Shown here piece by piece: positions 12,106 through 24,500 of a stretch of DNA of 49,376 nucleotides (position 1 is the first letter of the stretch; every line of letters begins with the position of its first letter). Position numbers and translations under genes: made by a program. Source of the DNA: Nemertoderma westbladi (lineage: Eukaryota > Animalia > Xenacoelomorpha); the NCBI GenBank assembly GCA_032718475.1, contig JAUCBJ010002599.1, forward strand, positions 1-49,376, written 5' to 3'. The notes beneath the pieces were generated by a model. It was given only the letters and a program-made list of their open reading frames with translations, made no database searches and was not told the DNA's origin.

Positions 12106-14300
12106 TCATCTAAAAAATAAAGATATAAATGGAAATACAACCCATGGTTCCTTATAACTTTAGACAGAGAACGAGTATATATCGTGAATAAGAGAGGCCC
12201 AAGGACCGACTCTTGAGGTAATCCGTATCTAACTGTTTTTGCTAGGGAGTACGAATTTCCGATTCGAACCTTTTGTGATCTATTCGCAAGATATGACCGA
12301 AACCACTGTAACACATTACCACTAACCGCCAAATCATCCTCCAGTATTTCTAACAACTTATGATGATCAACTGTGTCGAAGGCGGCTGAGAGATCTAGTA
12401 AGACCAATAGAACGGCTGATCCATCATCGATAGCCCTCAGTATATCATAATTTACCTTGAGTAATGCTGATTCTGTCCCATGATTCACACGATATGGCGT
12501 TAGGTACTTGGCAGGATTTCCTCGACTTCTGGAGCCAGTAGGTGGAGTTGCCATCACCCCATCACCATTATTAACATAGTAGTAGAACATAGAACATTGT
12601 CAACCACAATTATGAATAAAAATGGCGCAAGTGTATCTCCCTGGAGGACTCTCCATAACACTTCAAATGGTTCTGTGTCACCATCAACAGTAGTCACAAA
12701 TGTCGCCGAACCATCGTATACTGATCTGATTGCTGCAATAATTTCAGATTCGGAATTTCTGATTTCATTTTTCCCATAATGAAAGTATGCTGAACATACA
12801 TGAGCGAGAGACTCAATCAAAAACTTTGAAGAAGTTAACAAAGATAACAGCAAGCTGCCTGTCTTACTTTTTTGATAACTCATCAATCAAACCGACAGTG
12901 AAACGGACGGACAGCCATAGCTCAAGAAGAAATAGAAACAAATTTTAAAGGTAGGAGTGGATACGGCGCCTGAACTGCTAACACAATAGTGTTTGATGGC
13001 GCAGGTTCGAACCTAACTATAGGCTCTAGAAATTTCGCACTGTTGTGTTAGGCAAGACACTTACTTAGTGCCTACGCCAACCCAGCGGTATAATGGGAAC
13101 ATGGCTTTGCTGAGGGGATAATAATAAATGCGCTTTGAGTATGCCGAGCGTAGAAAAGCGCTAAAATAATAAATAAATAAAAATAATAAATAACCAATAG
13201 TAATATTATTATTTTTAAATAGAATGATGGATTTCAATATCATTTCATACTCCTTTTGTTAATATGCTATTATATGAAATTAGAAGAATTATTTTATTTT
13301 TGCCATTTTCGCCTTCAAATGTATCTAATTTAATTCCATTTTATCATAAACATCGGAAGTGCTACCTCCGATGGCATTCCCGTATCTCACAGAAAGCAAA
13401 GGAAAATTTACGCAAAATATCGATTTCCTGCCGTCTATCTGTCGAAAAGCAATTAAAGTTTGCAAAAATGTTCCCAAAACAATAGAGATATCAGAGGACG
13501 TCCAATGTAAATGTAGATAGCACCACCACCACGTTGTGGCCTTAACCCGCGGTAACAACTAGCCTCTCTGGTAGGAGTTTAATATTTTATCTAATTACAT
13601 TACGCCTCCTTGACGATTTGATTTGGTAGTTTGACAGTTTGATCAATACTGCTGCGAGGTTGCAAATGTACTGATTACAGGTACTGTTACGCACAGTACA
13701 CACATACTTCACGCAGCTACCGACATGAATTAGTCTGAAGGAGCAGCACCCATAAGCAGAAACATATAATAATACGGGGATAAACGCTACGCCTACACCT
13801 ACTCCTATTCCTACTCCTATGGCTACACCTACGGCTACACATACTCCTACGCCTACACATACGGCTACACCTACTCCTATGCCTACACCCATGGCTACAC
13901 ATACCCCTATGCCTACACCTAAGGCTACACATACTCCTACACCTACAAATACGGCTACACATACTCCTATGCCTACACCTAAGGCTACACATACTCCTAC
14001 ACCTACACATACGGCTACACATACTCCTACGCCTACACCTACGCATACGCCTACACCTACACCTACACCTACATCTACACCTACACCTACACCTACACCT
14101 ACGCCTACACCTACACCTACACCTACACTCTTCCACTTCTTTCACTTCCAGTCTCGAGACTCACCATTGCTCAGAATGTGATAAAGTACAGTTAACTGAG
14201 TTAGCTGTATAAATCGAGTGATCCAATTGATTGATATGGTTACTGTTCCTTGGAAATACCGGACATGTCGAAACGTCCCCTTGGAAACGTTTTTCTAAAA
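12106..14300 (+). repeat. Local direct duplication of the block 2892-11691, without element A: L2 piece, RTE piece, SINE, spacer, ACACCT array, P-element remnant
   Basis: 12106-13162 is nearly identical to 2892-3950; 13267-13820 matches 4240-4795; 14125-14300 matches 11242-11691 with internal deletions. Confidence 0.92.
12951..13190 (+). mobile_element. tRNA-derived SINE, copy 2, with A-rich (AAAT)n tail
   Basis: Duplicate of 3740-3951. Confidence 0.7.
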
Positions 14301-14368
14301 CGATTGTGCATTCATGGAATAATTCATGTGAAAGTAAACGACGCAAAATAAATAAACTCTGTCTCTAA
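14130..14368 (+). pseudogene. P-element transposase C-terminal remnant, copy 2 (internally deleted, retains the native stop)
   Basis: Matches 11250-11692 with deletions and ends LGNVFLK...SKRRKINKLCL-stop. Confidence 0.6.
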
Positions 14369-15453
14369 GTCGACAATACCAACCCTACCAGCCACCATGT
14401 ACTTATTGTACTTGACTACCATCACATCACAAACCAAAAGGCCCTTTTCAAGGCCACCACATCCAATAACAACAGTATCACCGAAGCTATTTGTTTGTAA
14501 CATAGATTCATTACATATCATGACTTCGCTGTGTTAATATCGATAATATCAATAATTCGATATGTTTTCTTTAGAAAAAAATGCGGACAGTTTTAATGTC
14601 TACAATAAATTATTATTACAATATTTAATTATTATAAATAAAATATATCATAAATATGAAATAATAATAATAATAATTTAATTATCCTTCCAAAAATGCG
14701 GATAATAAAATGAAATATTATTATTAATAAGTATTAATATTAATAATTAATAAATTAAGTAATTATAAGTAATCGTAATTATTACTAAATTTAGCTTTAA
14801 AATTTATTATTTAATTGATATTACTTAATCTCTTAAACTCAGAACTGACAATGCTGTAAAGGATGCTTATACAGTAGAAGTTCAAAACCGCTTTGAAGCA
14901 CTTCAGTCAATGGATGAAGACCAATCCACCGATTCAATATACCAGAATATAATAACAGCCCACAAGGAATCAGCTAAGAGGCATATCCCCCAGAAACCCA
15001 AACGAAAACAGTATGTGTCATGGCAAAACTCTGAGGTTACTTGTAAGAGAGAAGATCTTAAGCTAGCCGACAAAGTTAAAACCGAACAACCAACAACTGA
15101 AAACATTAACAAGGTTGTGAAAGCTAAGGACGATCTTAAATTGACCTACAACATCAGCCAGGAAAAGTACATACAGGATAAAACTGAAGCAATTACAACT
15201 GCTCACATACAGCAACAATCAAGAATTACCTGGTAAACTGTAAATGAGGTATCTGGTCTGAAAAGTTGTGCAAAGGGGCGCCTCAAAGCCGATAGTCCTG
15301 AAGAACGTGTTGGGAAGTGGAAAAATCACTTCAGCAACTTGCTTGGGCGCCACCAAACATCGAGGTCAGCCCTAGAGGAAAATATATGACAAGACACTAC
15401 CTATAGAAACAGGGGACTTCACACCTGCCGAACTCCAAAGAAGCATAAAAAGC

Positions 15454-16677
15454 ATGTCCAAAAATAAAGCGAGTGGATTAGATGAAATCCCAGCGGAGGT
15501 ATGGAAAACCGGAGTGCTAAACAGACCATTATTGAATGTTTGCAACCGGATGTTAAAAGGGGAAAAGCCACCACCAATTTGGACTAAAGGTCAACTAAAG
15601 CCTCTCCCCAAGAAAGGAGACCTCGGCATACCAACAAACTATCGTGGGATCTGTCTGCTTGTGGTAGCTGCCAAAATATACAATAAAATGATTCTATATA
15701 GGATTAGGCCTCACATAGAGAAACTACTGCGTAAGAGCCAAAACGGATTTCGACCAAGTAGATCAACAATAGCTCAGATACTTGCACTACGGAGACTGAT
15801 TGAAGGAATTAAGTCAAAGAATCTCCCCGCAGTCATGACTTTTGTGGACTTCAAGAAGGCATTCGACTCCATCCATAGAGGTAAAATGCTTGAAATCCTA
15901 AGAGCTTATGGAATACCAGAAGTAATTGTTGCTGGCATTGGATTGTTATATTGTGACACAGAAGCGCAGGTACTCTCACCAGATGGTGAAACTGAGTTTT
16001 TCTCAATCCTGGCTGGCGTACTGCAAGGTGACACATTAGCCCCATTACTATTTGTAATTGTGCTGGATTACGCAATGAGGACGGCCACAAAGGGTGAAGA
16101 TCTGGGATTCACACTTCAAGAACGCAGAAGTAGTAGATATCCGGCAACTACAGTCACAGACACCGACTTAGCGGATGACATCGCCCTGCTCTCTAATACG
16201 CTAGCAGATGCACAGCTTCTACTAAATAAAGTGGAGAGGGCTGCTAAGGAGGTTGTATTGCATATAAATGCTACAAAGACCGAATACATGACCTTTAATG
16301 TTGATGGGAACTTGACAACCATTGATAATAATCAACTAAGGAAGGTCGATGACTTCCAGTACCTTGGATCATGGATAGAGAGTAGCAAAAAGGACATAGA
16401 AGTTAGGAAAGCAAAGGCTTGGGTAGCTGTATCAAAAATAGATACCATCTGGAAATCAGATCTCTCCAGGCACTTGAAGACTAAGTTCTTTCGAGCTACA
16501 GTGGAAAGTGTATTTTTATACGGGGGTGAGACCTGGACACTGACTAAATCACTTGAACAACGAATTGATGGTTGCTACACAAGACTACTAAGGGCAGCCC
16601 TAAACATCAGCTGCAGACAACACATGACAAACGCCGAGCTTTATGGTACAATACCACCTGTATCAACCACCCTCCGT
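15454..16677 (+). pseudogene. pol: RTE reverse transcriptase domain; C-terminus continues at 18938-19171
   Basis: NYRGICLL, SQNGFRPSRST, FVDFKKAFDSIHR, GVLQGDTLAP, LADDIALL, FQYLGS. Confidence 0.93.
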
Positions 16678-16713
16678 TGTAGCATCGAATACAGGAATAC
16701 AACGAACGTTCTC

Positions 16714-17098
16714 TCAGTTCCCCATGCATTTCCCTCTCATATTTCTCAACCCAGCCATTTTCTATCCATTTGTTAACCTCAGCATTAAGGAGTTTACTTT
16801 GTGGTTGCCCTATAGTGATGCCATAATCCCCAAGACCAGACCCCAGATGTTTTATCGGAGGGTTTCCCCCTTTCCATGTCCATTTCAATTCCCAATATCG
16901 TTTTTCATTCAGCCATGTAACTACAAAATCTTTCTCAACAAGTTCGACATCTCCATTCACACTTTTAGCAACCTTAATAAATTTACCCAGACGGGGATAC
17001 GGAACAGTATGTCTGGGGGGGAACCATTCAGGTGCATTAACGTTTAACTCACTATTCACACCCCTGATAGACTGCTCATTACGCCCATACACTTCCAC
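16714..17098 (-). pseudogene. pol: pol remnant: linker and start of RT, cut by the deletion
   Basis: EKDF...WELKWTW...EVNKWIENGWVEKY resembles the segment just before RT motif 1 in Gypsy-type elements. Confidence 0.55.
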
Positions 17099-17407
17099 TT
17101 TGTCTCCCCCAGCATCCTGGAAAGCAGCAGAGCAAACACTACTTTGTAATGGTGTTTCAATGAATTCACTATGGAGCCTTCCAAGGCCTGTACTTTACAT
17201 GCAGTTGAAGTTCTACTGGCTGGCTAACACCTGGTGCATTGAATAAAGTACATGACACCATACCAATCAAAGGCCTTTTGTCACCTAAAGTATTTAGAGT
17301 CTAATAATGAGAGTCTAAATCTTACACAATAATCATACTTTACATTATTTCGGTCTAAAAAAACCCTGTGAAATCAATGAATGAGTACAAAATGTATCTA
17401 ATCCCAC

Positions 17408-18420
17408 TCATAAATTACAAACTATTTCATTAAATGACACAGTGGATTGTACTACAGGTAAACATTTATTATACGGGGAGCACCTATAGCTATTTAAAGC
17501 TGAGGTTGCACAGATACCCCCCCTTCGCCAGTTTCCCAAACTCGGCCCATTTACTGTAGGACATTCACGACGCATGTGTCCTCTACCCCCACATCCATAG
17601 CAACGGGCCCATTTCATCGGTCCTGTTAACCCGCCAGTAACAGGCTGAGCTACCGGTGTAACCTGCATACAGTATTTACGTAAATGGCCCACCTGGCCAC
17701 ATCGCCAACACATCAGCCTGTCTCCATTAAAACGTTGTCCCCCTCCACCACGTGTAGGCAGGCGGGTTGAATAGTTCCCAACTCCACGGCTACGATCCGA
17801 ATTTACCATGGCTCCAGCGATTGTAAACCCCTCAGCATCCTCAATTGCTGCTAGAACATTATGAGCCCTAGCAACCAGTTCTGACAACGGTACAGAAACC
17901 CCATCTGCAGCCAAAGACTTTCGAAGCTGTGAAGAAACTTCCACAGGTAAACCCACAATGAATTGACTCTGTAGCATAACATTAGTCGCATCTGAAATCC
18001 CAGCCAAGGATAATAATCACTTTAAGTCGGCTAGGAAGACTTCATATGTTTCACCAGGACGCACAACACGGTTTTTAAACAAATTATAAGCTTGGAAACG
18101 AGTTATTGAAAAAGCCTCACTCAACTTTTGTTTCAAAACAACCCAATCTTCTTGTCATCGGTTGAAAGCTGTTGATATACTGTGAATGCATTGCTCTTGA
18201 GGAACAATGGTGCGAATTTAGCTTTTCTAGCGCCCCAATCCTGTAATTCTGCGATAACTTCGAATTTTTGCGCCCACTCTTCGAAATTTTGGTTGTCCAC
18301 TCCTGTAAATTTATCCAAAACGCCATCCAACTTTACACTCAAATTTCGGGCACTGCTACCGGTACCGGTACCTTCACCTTCACCTCTCGACGTTCCCGTC
18401 ACCTGGCCGTCGTTATCCAT
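17408..18420 (-). pseudogene. gag: Gypsy-type gag with two CCHC zinc knuckles (frameshift and stop)
   Basis: KFTGVDNQNFEEWAQKFE, QFIVGLP, CWRCGQVGHLRKYC, CYGCGGRGHMRREC. Confidence 0.85.
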
Positions 18421-19526
18421 ATATTTAAACCTCAGTCTGGTATGAACTAAACTTTTAAGTACCGCGTCCGTTAAGTATAGGGCCTACAGTGGTAGGCTAG
18501 CGGTGTCAAAATTATGTTACCGGTTGACCAGTAATACAGTAGGCCTAATACTGTAATAGGAAATAAGTAAATGCAGCCTCGCGGTGATAGCTTGTAGCAT
18601 CAAATACAGGAATACAACGAACGTTCTCCCAAACTTCCCAGTCACTTAAATAATTAATATATCTTCGAGCGTCAATGCAATCATTTATTATATATATATG
18701 TAATATAACAATATAAACCAGTATACACAATTAACAATAACCAATTACTGAATCCAAGTAATAAACCTAATCAGTGCAACCCAAGTACCACTCCACTGCC
18801 CTACCGCCTACCAGTACACTTCCACACTCTCTACTAACTATCACTCTCCATCCTTCCTCGCCTTAGGTCCTCACCTACTCCCCGACCTATCGCCCTACTC
18901 TCACCGCACACAATTGCACCCGCCGACCCAACACCGTGAACACAGATTAAGATTCAGTGGGCACTGCTGGCGAAGTAAAGACGAGGTCATACCAGATCTA
19001 CTTCTCTGGCAACCAACTCATGGAAAGCGTAGTCGTGGACGACCGGCCATAACATATATAGATCAACTTGAAAGGGATACTGAGCTTGGGAGAAACGAAA
19101 TTGCGACAACTATGGAGAATCGGGAAGCCTGGAAGGATCTCATTTCCACTGTCCAAGTTCGCTCGACCTAGTAGTAGTAGTATTACTTAATAACACAATG
19201 GTGCAGAATTTACCTCAAATTTGCAATAACATTATTATATTACGCTAAGCTTCGAATTAAAAAGTGAATATTTTAAATAATATTATTATTTTGTTAATTT
19301 ACTGCCTAAAAATACTGTGATAATGCCTCCCACACTTTGTGACTCGGCCATTTGTATACAGACATATACATACATATACAGTATAATGTCTGTATGTAGG
19401 TACAAGCCTACCTGCCTGATACTGCTGTCTGCCTACTGCTGTACTGCTCTGACGGTACCGGTCTGCCGGTACTGCAGCAGTGTGGTAGGTCCATAAAAAA
19501 ATGAAATTGAAATAAATGTAGACTCA

Positions 19527-20373
19527 ATGGACGATTTGAGAAGCCTGACAACTAAGAAAATTAATAAACTGCAGAATGCACAGTTGAAGGCTATTTATCC
19601 AAGTAGTCGGTTTGGCAGTTAAAGATAATCTTAGTCAATCCCTATTTTCCGGGGCAACGAACGATGCCGAAGAAGAATATGTTGGGGGGGATGTAATCGA
19701 GCAAGGGAAGATTTCCCACAGGATCCTAAAGGAATTGAGAAAGTTGCGAGGCGAAGTTCACGAAATCGCGGCAATGAAGGCGACCATTTCAAAACAAAGC
19801 AGCGATGTAAGCCGGTTAACGACAGAAAACGACGGCTTGAAGAATACAGTGAAAGGCATGGAGGGACAGTTAGCGCTGGTGAACAACACAATCGGACACC
19901 AGCAAAGGTTGATGGAAGAATTGGACAATAAAGAGCGTGAACTTAAACTTGTTACCACGGGAGTTCGGGAAGAAGATGAGAACAGCAGTGAAACGGATAA
20001 ACAACAAATTGGAAAGATAATTGGTCTGATTGGTTGTGAGGCACCGGGCAATAGTTGGGATATCCAATGACTGGGGAAATTACGACCGGATCGGAAACGC
20101 CCAATACTGCTCACTTTGCCTAATTCTCGAATACGAAATGACATACTTAAGTCTGCTCGCAAGCTGAAGGATTCTGACGACGGAGATATGTTGTTGGTAT
20201 ACATAAAGCGAGACACTCACCCGATGATCAGAATAAGAGAGGAAAACCGCCCACGTTCACGTGCTTCGGAGGAACGGCAGAAGCCAATCAACCAAGGTAG
20301 GTGAAAATAAGCTACGATTACAGGAGGAGAGTGCTCACCCGTGATGATGTAGTGATCGATAGGTTTATGTTAG
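19527..20373 (+). pseudogene. LINE ORF1 (coiled coil plus RRM-like region), disrupted
   Basis: Heptad-rich segment then ERELKLVTTGVREED, LGK...RPILLTL, VYIKRD motifs typical of LINE ORF1 proteins. Confidence 0.75.
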
Positions 20374-20401
20374 TCAGATAGAGGTGCGGGGCATAACGAT
20401 C

Positions 20402-20840
20402 TGAAAACTTAACACTTTGTTCATGGAATGTTGATGGTCTGAAAAATAAACTAGAAGATAGAAATGTTCTTTCATATTTATGTAGTTACGATATAGTATG
20501 GCTATTAGAAACTAAAACTGCGTGGCGAATAAATGTCCCTGGTTTCATGTGCTACTCAAATCCGTCGGCGGCGGAACATCGTGGTGGGATTGCTGTCTTG
20601 ATCCGCTCGAGTTTGAATCATTTAGTTAAACGGATAAACTGTTCAACAAAGGGCCAGATTTGGTTAGAACTGTCAAGTATGCCTGCTGGGGTGGTGCTCG
20701 GGGGATGTTATATCCCACCGAGTGATTCTCTGTACTTTGAACCATCTCTTTTTGCGATGTTGGAAAGTAGGATGGTACAGAATCATTGTATAGTTCTAGG
20801 GGACTTTAATGCGAGAGTAGGGCAGCCACAATTCGGGGTA
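20402..20840 (+). pseudogene. LINE ORF2 AP-endonuclease, N-terminal part
   Basis: SWNVDGL, LLETK, GGIAVLIR, CYIPP, LGDFNARVG. Confidence 0.9.
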
Positions 20841-21369
20841 TGTTAGCTTATTCAATCCCGCTAACACCCCATAAAGTTAAGCCGATAAGCAATATTGGGA
20901 GCCACGAGATTGGGTAATCAACCAACTCGTGCCACCCCAATAAGAATGGGAAGGAGAAGCACACAATTAGGGTCAGGGGCCAAACCCCTAACCCAGAGAG
21001 AACAGGTGGAGTGAACGGGAACACTCCAAAGGGCGCCAACAAGGGTATCAACCAATCAGAGGGGGGAAAGGCATCGATTAGGTAGAGTAACAAGGCCAAC
21101 CGTGCAATATAGCCAGTTGGCAGTAATCATTCCATTCAGTTATCTCAGTATCATATTGGTGCTAGTTAGGTTAGATAGTTTAGCTAGGGAAGGACCAGGA
21201 CTTTAGTTACCGTATCCTGCCTTCCGTGTACGACAATCCATATCTATATCTATATCTTTATACCGGCTATTATATACAACGAACGACACGAACTCATTTA
21301 CTTTCACACATGGCGGGGACGCGTGAACTAACACCGGATAAACCGGGATCCTTCCTGGATCCCGTCATA
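20841..21369 (+). repeat. 5' LTR of element B
   Basis: TGTTAG...CCCGTCATA (CA terminus mutated to TA relative to the 3' LTR). Confidence 0.95.
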
Positions 21370-21538
21370 GTAACTAAATCAACTGCTGCCCTAGCTGAAC
21401 ACAGTAACTAAAACCAACTGCTGCCCTAGCTAAACTCAGCAACCAAACCCTTCGATAGCTAGTTAAATCGGAGCCGCCGCCCTAGATAAACTCAGCGACT
21501 ACTATCGACTACCAGCCACCAATTTAGAGACAAAGGAG

Positions 21539-24500
21539 ATGAGTCGGTCAGGTGAGACAACGCCGACGCGGACCCCGGACGAAGAATTAATGATCCGCGA
21601 GGCCACAACCAGGCGGTACAGACCCACAACGCCGGACCCATCGATAACGGGTCATCCGGCAGTTCAGGATGAGGGGGGCCGCCTGGAACCCGAGGTCGAG
21701 CCGAGAGGAGGAGAGAGCGAGGCGGAAGGAGACGGAGACGAGTCGACACGAGACACGGATGTCGGTATCGATGTCGCCGGCCAGCCACAGGCCGAAGGCG
21801 ACGAGCGGCCCACCGAAACGGCGATGGTGGGGCCGACGGTACGACGCCGGACCCGAAGAGACGGAGGAGATGTCGGTACCGATGTCGCCGGCCAGCCACA
21901 GGCCGAGGGCGACGAGCGGCCCACCGAAACGGCGACGGTGGGGCCGACGGTACAACGCCGGACCCGGAGAGACGGAAGAGAGGTCGGCGACGAGGACGTC
22001 GGGGTTTCTGAGCGACTTCGACAGGCCTACAACGCGACCCGGAGACTACTAGAGGAGGCCAGAAAAGGGGCGAAGATAGACGAGGTGAGACTGAGGAAAC
22101 GACTAGGTGAGTCGAATAAACACTTTAATTATCTAATGCGCTTCGGGCAAAGAGAACTGGCAAAGGAGAGAGCGAGAGGGGTTGCCGAGGAACTGTATGA
22201 CTTGTGGCGGTGTAGGGGTATGGAACCTAGCGTAGTGTACGTAGGGCCATACTTAGTCGATGCCCGGGGATTAAAATTAGTGGGTTGGGAGAGACCTGAA
22301 GGGGGCGAATCCGAGGTTAACCCCGAGGATTCGGCCTCGTCGGTCGGAAGAAGTTCCGGGATGCGGGGGAAAGTCAGTAGGTCGGGAAGGCGGAGGGAGT
22401 CCGTCGTAACCGATAAGTCTGCTACATCCTCCACGAAAGAAAGACTGGTGAGAGAGATAGGTGCCGCGTACCGTCTCGAGCTGATAGAGCAAGGTCAGAG
22501 GGAAATGGATAAACAGCTGGAGGAGGGGAGAATGAGGCTGGAGAGGAAAACGGCATTGATTAGAGAAACCGGAGAGAGGGCCGAAAGGGCTTTGAGAAGC
22601 CTTAGGGAGTGTGAGGAAATAGAAGAAAAGGAGTGTAGGGAACGTGAGGCGAGAGAGGAAAAGGAACGTAAGGAACGTGAGGCGAGAGAGGAAAAGGAAC
22701 GTAAGGAACGTGAGGCGAGAGAGGAAAAGGAACGTAAGGAATGTGAGGCGAAAGAGGAAAAGGAACGCAAAGAGCGTGAAGCGGAGCGTAAGGAGCGTGA
22801 GGCGAGAAGGGAAAGTGAACGCAAGGAGCGTGAAGCGAGGCGAAGGGAGAGCACTAGGAGAGTAGCAGAGTTGGCTGACCAGGACGCGCGGGAGTGTGAG
22901 AGGAGAATGGCAGAAGCTGAGCGAGAGCAAAAGGAATTAGAGAGACGCCAAAGTGAGCTTGCGGAACATAGGATTAGACGCACGCACGAGCTGCAACTGG
23001 TGCGGGCGGGGGCGTCTGAGAGCGGGACTGGCTCGAATATTTTAGGGGAGCCGGGAGCCGTGGATGCATTTATTAACACCCCACTTACAGGGACCGCACG
23101 ACAGACCCAAAACTGGTGTGACCGTACGGGTGGGGGAGGTAATAATGATAATGCTACAGTAGACATTGTTAATATTAATGGTACCGTATGGGATAACTCT
23201 AACCAAACCTTTATTGCAGCAAATAATACTCTACCTAGTAGCAGTAATTTAAATTTAAATACAAATAATAATAATTCAAATAATTTAAATAATGATCCAA
23301 GCCCGAATTTACAAAATATTTCAAATAATTTAAATAATGATCCAAGCCCGAATTTACAAAATATTTCAAATAATTTAAATAATGATCCAAGCCCGAATTT
23401 ACAAAATAATTCAAATGATTTTGTTTCAAACGAACAAATTAATTCCGTTTCCGATATGGGTGCTATTAACGTAAACACGTCGGGCGTATATGGCCAGACA
23501 GACGGAGGCCTGGTAGGCCGTATAGTTGGTAGGCAGGGAGTGACTGGGTTGGGTAGACCCAGTGAGGGCCTGGTAGGCCACGTAGTTCGTAGGCAGGGAG
23601 TGACTGGGTTGGGTAGACCCAGTGAGGGCCTGGTAGGCCACGTAATTGATAGGCAGGGAGTGACTGGGTCGGGTAGACCCAGCGAGGGCCTGGTAGGCCA
23701 CGTAGTTGGTAGGCAGGGAGTAGAGGGCCTGGTAGGCCACGTGATAGCAGAGGGAGAGGCGGGGGTGAATAGACCCGACCGCGGCAGGGTTGATGTGTCC
23801 ACTAGAGAGGGATATAGTAGCGGGGTGAGGGATAACGAAGTTAGATGTGGCGAGTGGGGGGGGCTATAGGGGCCCCACAACAGCGAGTTAGCGGCGAAAG
23901 GGGGGGGGCAGAGAGTGTCCCACAGCCGTCAGCGGATAATGCGCGGGCCAAAATAGGTAAACCGCAACACCCGGCGACGGAGAGCAATAGGGGGATTGCG
24001 AGTATCCCCGGCGGCGTGCGACCGAGCAGAGAGAGACAGGTTGACGTCGTAAGAGGGTGGACGAAGCATCGAGCCCGATCAGAAGAGGGAAGAAGAACAG
24101 TGGGGTTTAACCGGGAGGTTGACGAGAGATCTCACGAGCGGGAACACCCCACTGAAAGGAGAAGAAGAGAAGACAATAGTAGGAGTATCGCCGCGAACGA
24201 TAGAAGAACGAGGACGGATAGCGAGCCGTCGGTAGTCGAGATGAGAACAGAGAGTCAGTGGGGTCGGACTCCGGGAGATTGCCGTCACCCCGGAGAGATG
24301 CGACCTGGTGAGGTGCATTACGCGCCGATGGAGGGGTACGCGATGTACCGGTACGAAGACGAGAACAGTAGAGAGGGGGGTCGAAGAGAAACTTTCCGAC
24401 GGAATATACCTACCGATCGAGAGTATGGTAGCCACGGGGAGGACTATTCGAGAAGAATAAACTTCGATCCCGAGCGACACATGCAGACTGTAGGACATAC

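Larger units (their letters stand above)
16678..18933 (-). mobile_element. Internally deleted Ty3/Gypsy-type LTR retrotransposon
   Basis: 4-bp TSD CCGT (16674-16677, 18934-18937); full 5' LTR 18593-18933 (TGTTGG...CTACA on minus); only the last 36 bp of the 3' LTR remain (16678-16713, 1 mismatch). Confidence 0.88.
14830..19180 (+). mobile_element. 5'-truncated RTE-clade LINE interrupted by a Gypsy-type LTR element
   Basis: 11-bp TSD TATTACTTAAT (14819-14829, 19181-19191); (TAG)n tail; ORF resumes TLR|EHRLRFSGHCWR across the insertion. Confidence 0.93.

Noticed and set aside
21308-21325. ACA-TGGCGGGG as LTR end plus tRNA PBS
   Set aside because: Lies inside the LTR; the 3' LTR and element C have CGG here, so TGG is a CpG transition.
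21449-21464. CCTTCGATAGCT resembling the 5' end of tRNA-Tyr
   Set aside because: Only 12 nt, in sense orientation, 80 bp from the LTR; cannot act as a PBS and forms no cloverleaf.
23850-23869. Programmed -1 ribosomal frameshift in gag
   Set aside because: The shift falls in a G homopolymer, not a typical X XXY YYZ site with A/U; a single-base deletion or sequencing error is simpler.
22277-23880. Long antisense ORFs over gag and over the exonuclease ORFs
   Set aside because: Shadows of GC-rich, repetitive sense ORFs with no recognisable motifs.
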